Shown here: positions 10,557 to 19,400 of the stretch, in pieces | Layout of the letters: each line of letters starts with the position of its first letter | Numbering within the stretch: the first letter of the stretch is position 1 | Position numbers and translations under genes: made by a program | From: Candidatus Binatia bacterium | GTDB lineage: Bacteria; Desulfobacterota; Binatia; HRBIN30 | Direction of reading: 5' to 3' | Assembly (NCBI GenBank): GCA_038245295.1 | Contig: JBBRSP010000021.1 | Coordinates: 1 to 64,000 of the forward strand | Length of the DNA stretch: 64,000 nucleotides | Notes under the pieces: generated by a model | What the model was told of the DNA's origin: nothing | Database searches by the model: none | Seen by the model: the letters and a program-made list of their open reading frames with translations, nothing else

Positions 10557-10617
10557 AATCAAGTACTTAGCGAACCGCCGGAAGGCGGTTTGCTTGTTTG
10601 TGTGCCTATAGTGTGCC
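10557..10617 (+). promoter_or_regulatory. Probable att arm: IHF consensus site, hairpin and arm-type direct repeats
   Basis: AATCAAGTACTTA (10557-10569) fits WATCAANNNNTTR; hairpin AACCGCC-GGAA-GGCGGTT (10573-10590); GTGTGCC at 10600 and 10611. Confidence 0.6.
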
Positions 10618-10647
10618 AACTTTCGAAAAGGCATTCGGAGGCACATC

Positions 10648-11832
10648 ATGTCGGGGCAAATCGTCGATCGCGGCAAGCGCAACTTCGTCGTCCGCATCTT
10701 TCTCGGGCGCGACGGTGGCAAACGCCGCTACCTAAACAAGCCGGTGCACGGCTCGCGCAAGGATGCCGAGAAGACCCTGACCGCAATGCTGCGCGAGCGC
10801 GACCTCGGAACCTTGGTCGAGCCGGTACGCATGACCGTCAACGAGTACCTTGACCAGTGGCTCGAGGGCGCCGCCAAGACGCGTGTCCGCCAGCGCACCT
10901 ACGAAGGATACAAAGACCTGGCCGACCGCTACCTGCGTCCCGATCTCGGCCCGCGCCAACTCAGCAAGCTGACACCACTGGAGATCCAGGCAGTCTACAG
11001 CAAGATGCTAGAGCGCAAGCTGTCGCCGCGTACCGTGCGCCACGCCCACGGCGTCTTGCGTACCTCGCTGAGCCAGGCGGTCAAATGGCGCATGATCGCG
11101 CTCAACCCGGCCACCGCCGTCGATTTGCCCCAGGTGAAGAAGAAAGAAATGTCGGCCCTGTCGCCGAAGCAAGCGACCAAGTTCCTACAACATGCCAAGG
11201 ACGATCGATTGTTCGCCATGTTCGCGGTCGCCCTCACCGCTGGTATGCGCCCCGGCGAGTACATGGGCCTGCGCTGGTCGGAGACCGACCTCGAAAAAGG
11301 CCTCATTGTCGTCCAGCGCACCCTGGTCCCGGAGAAGAAGGGCGGCTGGCACATCGGCGAGCCAAAAACCGATCGCGGTCGACGCACCATCCCGTTACCA
11401 GCCAGCGTCACCCGCCTGCTCATCGAGCACAAGCGCCGGCAAGCAGCCGAACGCCTCAAGGCCGGCAAACACTACACGGACAACAGCCTCGTCTTCTGCA
11501 CCCCGACCGGCGAACCGCTCAACCTGCGCAACATCGTTAACCGCCACTTCAAGCCGATCCTCGTCGCCGCAAAGATCCCGACGACCCTTCGGCTCTACGA
11601 CCTGCGCCACAGTTGTGCGACGCTGCTCTTGGCCGAGGGAGAGCATCCGAAGGTTGTGAGCGAGAGGCTTGGGCATGCGAGCATCACGCTCACCCTCGAT
11701 ACGTACTCGCATGTGTTGCCGACGATGCAGCAAAAGGCGGCGGAGCGGTTGGAGGCGTCCTTGTTTGGCCGCCGCCGAGCCGTGGTGACGGCGGATAAAC
11801 TGGCGAACCGCGCTTCGGGGCGGTCAGCCTGA
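10648..11832 (+). CDS. Tyrosine recombinase (phage/ICE integrase)
   Basis: Arm-binding-type N-terminus, 'AGMRPGEYMGLRW', 'PKT', 'YDLRHSCAT', 'ERLGHASI..TLDTYSH'. Confidence 0.97.
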   Translation: MSGQIVDRGKRNFVVRIFLGRDGGKRRYLNKPVHGSRKDAEKTLTAMLRERDLGTLVEPVRMTVNEYLDQWLEGAAKTRVRQRTYEGYKDLADRYLRPDLGPRQLSKLTPLEIQAVYSKMLERKLSPRTVRHAHGVLRTSLSQAVKWRMIALNPATAVDLPQVKKKEMSALSPKQATKFLQHAKDDRLFAMFAVALTAGMRPGEYMGLRWSETDLEKGLIVVQRTLVPEKKGGWHIGEPKTDRGRRTIPLPASVTRLLIEHKRRQAAERLKAGKHYTDNSLVFCTPTGEPLNLRNIVNRHFKPILVAAKIPTTLRLYDLRHSCATLLLAEGEHPKVVSERLGHASITLTLDTYSHVLPTMQQKAAERLEASLFGRRRAVVTADKLANRASGRSA

Positions 11833-13241
11833 TGGCGACAACTCCCGAACAGATTGATGCGCTCCTGTCGGTGCGCTCCGAGGACGAGCACCTGGAGTTC
11901 AAGACGGCGGAGAACAGCTACGAGTTCGAGGAACTGGTGAACTACTGCGTGGCACTCGCGAACGAGGGCGGCGGACGGATAATCTTGGGCGTGACCGACA
12001 AGCTGCCGCGTCGGGTCGTGGGCACCAAGGCGTTCGACGTGCCGGAGCGAACGGTGGCTGGCATCTACGAACGGCTGCATCTGAAGGTGACGTTCGACGA
12101 AGTGGCCCATCGGGGCGGACGCGTACTGGTGTTTCATGTGCCCTCGCGGCCGCTTGGGCACCCGGTGCACTACAAGGGCCGCTATGTGATGCGGGCGGGC
12201 GAAGAACTCGTGCCGATGTCGCCGGATCGGTTGAAAAGCATCATGGCTGAGGGTGATCCGGACTGGGCACTGAAGCCGGCCATGACGGAATGCGATGCCG
12301 AGAAGGTTGTGCAGCTCCTGGATACGCAGAGCTACTTCGATCTACTGCACCTGCCGTACCCGGTGACCCGTGAGGCGGTGCTGGATCGATTGGCGAACGA
12401 GCGTCTCATCGGTGGCGCCGACAGTCTGTGGACCATAACAAATCTAGGCGCGATCCTCTTCGCGAAGAAGATTGACGCTTTTGACCGGCTTTCTCGGAAA
12501 GCACCGCGCGTCATCGTGTATGAAGGCGCCGGCAAGCTGAAGACGAAGTCAGACAAGGCCTGGACGAAAGGGTATGCCGTCGGATTCCAAGGGCTGGTCG
12601 AGTTCATCAACGGACTGGTGCCGTCCAACGAAGTGATCGAACAAGCGCTGCGGCGCGAGGTGAAGATGTTCCCCGAGATCGCCGTTCGTGAGCTGGTCGC
12701 AAACGCTTTGATCCATCAGGATTTCAACGAGCCAGGCGCCTCGGTGATGATCGAGATCTACGACGACCGCATGGAAATCTCCAACCCGGGGAAGCCGTTC
12801 ATCTCGCCCGATCGGTTCATCGACGAATACCAATCACGCAACGAGCGGGTGGCGGACGTCATGCGCCGCCTTGGCATTTGCGAAGAGAAGGGCAGCGGTG
12901 TGGATAAGGTAATCCAAGCTGTGGAGGACTACCAACTGCCGGCGCCGGACTTCCGCGTGGGCGAGAAGAGAACCACGGCTTTGCTGTTTGGCCACAAGGA
13001 TTTTGAGGACATGGATCGTACCGACCGCATTCGCGCAACCTACCAGCATTGCTGTCTGCGGTATGTGGTGAACCAAAGGATGACGAACCAAAGTCTGAGG
13101 GAGCGATTCAAGCTGCCAGAGAAGAAGGCCGAGTCCGTTTCGCGGGCGATCCGCGATACGCTCGAAGCCGGTAAGATCAAGCAGGCCGATCCGGCACAAA
13201 CCTCACTGCGCTACCGTCACTACCTGCCATTCTGGGCGTGA
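11832..13241 (+). CDS. AlbA_2 (Schlafen-like) / HATPase_c_4 / HTH protein
   Basis: 'EDEHLEFK...VALANEGGG.IILGV', 'RELVANALIHQDF', 'IYDDRMEISNPG', 'EEKGSGVDK'; TGATG overlap with the integrase. Confidence 0.9.
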   Translation: MATTPEQIDALLSVRSEDEHLEFKTAENSYEFEELVNYCVALANEGGGRIILGVTDKLPRRVVGTKAFDVPERTVAGIYERLHLKVTFDEVAHRGGRVLVFHVPSRPLGHPVHYKGRYVMRAGEELVPMSPDRLKSIMAEGDPDWALKPAMTECDAEKVVQLLDTQSYFDLLHLPYPVTREAVLDRLANERLIGGADSLWTITNLGAILFAKKIDAFDRLSRKAPRVIVYEGAGKLKTKSDKAWTKGYAVGFQGLVEFINGLVPSNEVIEQALRREVKMFPEIAVRELVANALIHQDFNEPGASVMIEIYDDRMEISNPGKPFISPDRFIDEYQSRNERVADVMRRLGICEEKGSGVDKVIQAVEDYQLPAPDFRVGEKRTTALLFGHKDFEDMDRTDRIRATYQHCCLRYVVNQRMTNQSLRERFKLPEKKAESVSRAIRDTLEAGKIKQADPAQTSLRYRHYLPFWA

Positions 13242-13359
13242 TCGCTCATTTAGACGCAAACCTCCAAATGATGCCAGGAGGTACCACAGGTCCAGATTCT
13301 ACAGGGTTTTCTTGTTTAGACGCAGACAATAGTTGCCGCCGGCGGTGGACCCCTTCATG

Positions 13360-13665
13360 TACATGGGCCTGCGTTACCCCGAGCCGACCGCGTCCGCCGA
13401 CGAACCGCTGAACCTGCGCAACATCGTCAACCGCCACTTCAAACCGATCCTCGTCGCCGCAAAGATCCCGACAACCCTTCGGCTCAACGACCTGCGCCGC
13501 AGTTGCGCGACGCTGCTGCTGGCTGAAGGAGAGCATCCGGAGGTTTTGAGCGAGCGGCTTGGGCATGCGAGCATCACGCTCACCCTCCATACGTACTCGC
13601 ATGCCTTACCCACGATGCAGCAGCAAGCAGCCGAGCGGTTGGAGTACACGTTGTTCCAGAAGTAA
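13360..13665 (+). pseudogene. Internally deleted second copy of the integrase 3' part
   Basis: Nearly identical to about 11510-11755, preceded by the 'YMGLR' piece from about 11260; YDLRH changed to NDLRR. Confidence 0.9.
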
Positions 13666-13842
13666 GGATCGCGATCGGCGAACTTGATAACGCCTCAGGC
13701 GAGACTCCGATCTGGCGATGGCCGCTAGGCGAGAGGTTCCGCAAGCCCGGAGAATCAACCAAACTACATTATCAGCAATTGCATCGCGATCCGATAGATG
13801 ACAACACGGCGCTGACCCATTTGCCAACAGTCTGGGGCGAAC

Positions 13843-15144
13843 ATGGAATTACCCAAACATCTCATCCGAAGTATCAACCGGGGAGAGTGCATTGCGTTCG
13901 TTGGAGCTGGATTCTCGGCCGAGGCCGTACCCAGTTGGGCCGATTTGTTGCGTCGCATTTCCGAGGCGGCATCGCTTCAGCTGGAAGCCGAAGTCGGTGT
14001 GGCCCTCTCGCGGCCTGCCCCGACAGCCTTCGAGCTCGAGGCATGCGCTCAACGACTGAAGAAGAAACTCGGTCCGGACGGGTTTGAGAACGCGCTCAGC
14101 CAGCAACTGGCCTCTCCGAGGCTCAATCCAACTATGGACGAGAGGCTCCGCTGTTTACGTGGCATTCCGTTCCGGGCGATTCTGACGACGAACTTCGACG
14201 GCTTGCTCGACGGGGAGGTGCCGGGGCGCGATGCCTATCTCCGGGTCCTCCGCTCAACCGACTACGAGTGGTGGCGCGAGCGGTATTGGAATGAGGATCG
14301 GTCCGACACGACTGGAGCGAGAGTCGTGAAGTTGCACGGTGACATCGCCGCGAAGCCGCCACGGAAACTCGTGCTGACACGGATGGCGTACCGCGAACGT
14401 CTCTACGGCAATCCAGCCTATCAAACCTTCCTGCGCGCTGTCCTCGCGACCAGTACCGTCCTGTATTTGGGCTTCTCATTTACCGATGCATACCTCAACG
14501 AGCTCCGATCGGAGGTCCTGGCCCTTCTCGAGCACCGTGAGGCAGACGAGCCCGTGGCCTATGCCATCTTGAACGACATGACCCCAGCCGAGGTCGCCTA
14601 CTTCCGCGAGTGCGAAGGCATCGGGGTGCTGCCGTTCGATTCTAAGGGAGGACAAGACTTCAGCGGGTTCGATCGGTACCTGGGCGACCTCCATGATGCC
14701 ACGAACCCGACGCAGAGGCTCGGCTCGTTGCTCGCCGGGAAGCGACTGATCTGGCTCGATGCGAGGCCGGAGAACAACGACTTCGGCATGAAGTTTTTGC
14801 AAGCGGCTGCGGGAACCCAGGGCTGTGTTGTCGAGTCGGTAACCCACTGGCGAGATGCGATTGCCCACCTCAAGGCCCGCCCGGCCGACCTGCTGATCAC
14901 ACATTGGGGGCACAACCGAGAGCTCCAGCCCACCGGGGGCCCGTGCGCAGTCGCCGAGCGCGTGCTCGTTGAGATCCGTCGGCGCAAGCTTCGTGTGCCG
15001 GTCGTCATATTCGCTTCGAGGGACTTTGCCCGCGCCAATCGCCGAACAGCCCTCGGGCTCGGATGCCAAGCGTACGCCCATGACTGGGGCCGGCTGTTCC
15101 AGGAGATCGAGCGGTTGTTCTCCGAGGAGGATGAGGACGATTAG
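13843..15144 (+). CDS. SIR2-like (SIR2_2) protein with C-terminal receiver-like domain
   Basis: 'FVGAGFS', 'LTTNFD', 'VKLHGD', 'LYLGFSFTD'; C-terminal 'IWLDARPENN...DLLITH...PVVIFAS'. Confidence 0.85.
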   Translation: MELPKHLIRSINRGECIAFVGAGFSAEAVPSWADLLRRISEAASLQLEAEVGVALSRPAPTAFELEACAQRLKKKLGPDGFENALSQQLASPRLNPTMDERLRCLRGIPFRAILTTNFDGLLDGEVPGRDAYLRVLRSTDYEWWRERYWNEDRSDTTGARVVKLHGDIAAKPPRKLVLTRMAYRERLYGNPAYQTFLRAVLATSTVLYLGFSFTDAYLNELRSEVLALLEHREADEPVAYAILNDMTPAEVAYFRECEGIGVLPFDSKGGQDFSGFDRYLGDLHDATNPTQRLGSLLAGKRLIWLDARPENNDFGMKFLQAAAGTQGCVVESVTHWRDAIAHLKARPADLLITHWGHNRELQPTGGPCAVAERVLVEIRRRKLRVPVVIFASRDFARANRRTALGLGCQAYAHDWGRLFQEIERLFSEEDEDD

Positions 15145-15246
15145 GGGCATCGATTTTGGGAATGCGCGCCCTCATCGAGCAGCGGCCAGACGGTCTAGTG
15201 GGGTCGCCTTGACACTTCGGTCGCACAAGAGCATTCGCCACGGCGG

Positions 15247-16011
15247 ATGACTACTTCAAGGAAAGACATTGCAGTTAAACGCGTTATGGGGTCGCGGGCT
15301 AGGTTGCTGTGCAGCGTCCGTGGCATGGCCGACGAATTGGTGTCCAAGGGGCGGACAGAAGACGCCATCCAGGTTTTAACCGAAGCCGTTGATTGGTTTC
15401 CGCCACGGGGCAACCGCAATGTGTTCTCGGAGGAGAGTTTCGAGGGCCTTACGTACTTAGGCAACCTGCGACGTTCCAAGATCCTCGAGTTTGGCGAGGA
15501 ACTCGCCTCGCAAGGTCGGATCGATGCACTGACACTCTTCGACGAGCTCGTCTGGTTTGAGTGGGCGAGAGAACCCGAAGAGCAGCCCGAGCTCGCGAAG
15601 GCCCTAATACAGTTGGGGAGTCTTCAAGCGCAGATTGGACAGTTCGACGAGGCGCTCAAGTCATTCCGCCGCGTCTACAAGGAGTACTGGGGTGAGAAGG
15701 AGGACGACGAACTACGCACCTTGAGTGCATGGGCGTGGGTCGAAAAGTGCCTGGTCCTTTTTCAAACTGGCAAGATCGATGAAGCGGCGGAGGATCTTAT
15801 CGACGGGTTGTCGCAACGATATTGGGAGGAGGAAGGGCTCGCGGGTGTAGTTGTTGCGCTGAAGCGCATTCCTTCCATCTGCAGGGACCGAACTCGCGGG
15901 GAAGTCGATTCGTTCCTCAGATCAGTGTCCAACCGCCTTTCCGAAATCGAAGACCTCGTGATCCGAGACAGCTTGACGAGTGTCCTAGAGCTTTGCCGAA
16001 CGCAAACGTGA
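15247..16011 (+). CDS. TPR-like helical repeat protein
   Basis: Repeated TPR-style helices: 'LVSKGRTEDAI', 'LQAQIGQFDEAL', 'LFQTGKIDEAA'. Confidence 0.65.
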   Translation: MTTSRKDIAVKRVMGSRARLLCSVRGMADELVSKGRTEDAIQVLTEAVDWFPPRGNRNVFSEESFEGLTYLGNLRRSKILEFGEELASQGRIDALTLFDELVWFEWAREPEEQPELAKALIQLGSLQAQIGQFDEALKSFRRVYKEYWGEKEDDELRTLSAWAWVEKCLVLFQTGKIDEAAEDLIDGLSQRYWEEEGLAGVVVALKRIPSICRDRTRGEVDSFLRSVSNRLSEIEDLVIRDSLTSVLELCRTQT

Positions 16012-16428
16012 GCGTTTGCTGTCGCGAGCACCCTCGCTCACGAAAAGGAGACGGCAATGGTTTTTGGGGATTCTTGATCGAAGTAGGGTGGACCTGAACC
16101 GCAGCTACAACGGCCTTTACAGGCGAAAGGCGACGTCATCAAATCGACCTGGGCATTGGTGCGGACTCGCATGTCTGGCCAATGATCCAGCAGAAAGCCG
16201 CCGGGCACTATAAGCTCGACGTCCGATATGACGCCAACATAGTTTGAACAGGCGCCTCGCTGATGTAAGAGGCAGCGTCGAACTTGACCCATCAGGATTC
16301 CTAGGGGGATGATTTGAGGATCGGACGCAAACGTCCAAGCAGTCGAAGCCGTGTCGCAACTAAAGGATCGTCTGTACCCCGGTGCGCCGATGCCCGACGC
16401 ATTGCGATGAGCACCTGCAATCGGTGAG

Positions 16429-19400
16429 TTGATGAACGTATTTCAGACCCACTCCAAGGTTATCGACGACTACGGCTCGTACATCCGTAGCTTCCTCAAC
16501 ATTGCCGATCCAAGAATACGGGATGTCGCCGAAGGCGAGCTCAACAAGGGCAAGCTGTGGCCGGAACCGCTGTTGCAGTTCAACCCATCGTTCGAGATGG
16601 CCGGCACCGTTGAGTCGCTGTGCCGAGCCGGCACGCTGCATCGCGAGATCGCGGATATCTTCAAGGGCTACTCGCTCTACCGACACCAGGCCGAAGCAAT
16701 CAGGCTGGGCACGGCTGGCAAGGACTTCATCGTTACGTCGGGAACGGGCTCTGGAAAGTCGCTCACCTACATTGGATCGATCTTCCATCACCTCCTGTCG
16801 AATCCTCGCGCGACCGGCGTAGCGGCGCTCGTGGTTTACCCGATGAACGCGCTGATCAATTCGCAGTTCAAGGAGTTCACGGACTATAAGAAGAATTTCG
16901 AGACGGCTACCGGCACTCCCTTCCCGATCAGCTTCGGCCAGTACACCGGCCAAGAAAAGGAAGTGCTACGCGAGGGAATGCGTCAGGAGCCGCCCCAGGT
17001 GCTCCTCACCAACTACATGATGTTGGAGCTGCTGCTCACGCGGACCCGCGAGCGTTCCATCCGCGACGCCATTTACAGCAACCTCCGATTCATGGTGTTC
17101 GACGAGCTGCACACTTACCGCGGTCGCCAGGGTGCCGACGTGGCGATGCTGATGCGGCGCATACGGGCGCGCTGTGCCCAGGAGGTCGTCTGCATCGGAA
17201 CATCCGCCACGATGGTCTCGGTCGGCAGCGCAGCCTCACAGCGCGCTCAGGTGGCACGAGTCGCAACGACACTCTTCGGTCGGCCGTTCGCGGTAGATCA
17301 GGTCATCAATGAAACGCTAACCCGATCACTGGCTTTCTCAAGCGCCCTCCCTGCGCCCGCGGACCTTGCAACTGCCATTCAGAAGGGGGTCGATCCTGAT
17401 GCCGACGTCGCCCTGCTCAAAACCCATCCCGTAGCCATCTGGTTGGAGAATCAGATTGCCCTTGGAGACAGCGATGGTGTTCTGATCCGCCGCAAGCCAC
17501 AACGCGTCGGCGAGATCGTTGCCGCCTTGGCCGCAGCCTCGGGTGCGTCGGAAGACGGTTGCCGGAAGTTCCTCGTTGATTTGCTTCAGTGGATCAGCGC
17601 CGTGAACAAGCGGCTACAAGATGGCGGGCAGCGCTACACGATCCTGCCGTTCAAGTTGCACCAGTTCATCTCGCAAACGGGCTCGGTCTATACGACGCTC
17701 GATCAAGACGACAACCGATTCATCACCCTGGAGCCGGGTGTCTTCAAACATGACGAGGAACAAAAGAAGCCAATCTTCCCGAACGTCTTCAGTCGCGCCA
17801 GCGGTCATCCCTTCATCTGCGTCGCTCGATTTGGCGATCGACTCGAGCCGCGGGAGTTTCGCGAGAGTTCTGACGACGACGGCAACGCCACGGACGGCTA
17901 CTTGTTTGTTGGTGACGATCTCTGGGATGCCCAGGACGATTTGGAGTTTCTTCCGGATGCCTGGGTAAGGCGCACGAAGAAGGGAGTGGTCCCGGATTCG
18001 AAGAAGAAGGAGTTCTTCCCGATCAAGCTTTACTTCGACGAGCTCGGTAACTGCTCCGAGACGGAACCGTTGAAATGGTGGGGCTGGTTCATGAAGGCCC
18101 CACTTCTCTTCGATCCGACTGGAGGCGTCTTCTATGATACGAAGACGAACGAGGGCACCAAGCTAACCAAGCTCGGAAGCGAAGGACGAAGTACTTCGAC
18201 GACGATCACCGCGTTCTCCATTCTCAACCAACTGAGTGATGCGGGCTACTCGGTGCGAGACCAGAAGCTTCTCAGCTTCACCGACAACAGGCAGGACGCC
18301 GCACTACAAGCCGGCCACTTCAACGACTTCGTCCAGGTCGTTCGACTGCGTGCGGGTATCCACCGGGCCCTCGCGCAAGCTCCGGGTCGCACGCTTACCT
18401 ACGCGACGATTGGGGAAGCCGTCTTCAATGCTCTCGCGCTACCCTTCCTTGAGTTCGCCAACCGGAAAGAAGACTCTACATTCCCCCACGTGCGGCGCGA
18501 ATTCGAAGAGTGTCTCCAGACGTTCTTGGCCTACCGGGTGATCGCCGACCTACGACGTAGCTGGAGGATCGTCCTTCCCAACCTTGAACAGTGCGGGTTG
18601 CTCCAAGTGGCCTATGCCGATCTGGCTGAGACTGCGGCTACGGACAGTGCTTGGCAGAACATGCCCCTTGTCGATCAACTGAGTCATGCGGATCGCGCTG
18701 AGTTCCTCAGCACCATTCTCGACTTCTTTCGTCTCGAATTCGCAATCCACAGCGAAAACTACCTGACACAGTCGAAGATCAAGGAGAACGAGAAGCGCTT
18801 CCGTGAACTACTGCGACCACCGTGGACACTCGACCGCAACGAGGAGCTGCGCGACCCTTACTACGTACGCTACGAACCGCTGCATTCGTCCACGCGACTG
18901 TTCTCGAAGAGCATGGGACCTGCCAGCTCACTCGGGAAGTTCATCAAGCTGTACGTCAAGCAGCGCGGACTAACCATCGATCTGAAGGGTGACCGCTATC
19001 GCACGTTCATCCTCGCCCTCATGGCGAAACTGGAAGATGCCAACTACCTCGTTTCGCGCACCGCACGTAGCGCCGACGGACCCGATACCCCCATATTCCG
19101 CCTGAGGCTCGACAAGATCATCTGGCGGCTCGGAGACGGCGAAACGGTCAAGGCGGACTTCGTGAAACGCCGGTCCTACAAGGATCAGTCGCCTCGTCCG
19201 AACATCTTCTTCCGCGACATGTACCGCCGCGATTTTGCAACGACGAAGCGACTGCGAGGTGAAGACCACACGGGTGCTCTTGGTGTTGACGATCGCATCG
19301 AACGCGAGGAGGGGTTCCGCCAAGGTAAGATCAGCGCGTTGTTCTGCTCGCCCACCATGGAGCTTGGCGTCGACATCGGCGGCCTTAACGTGGTTCATCT

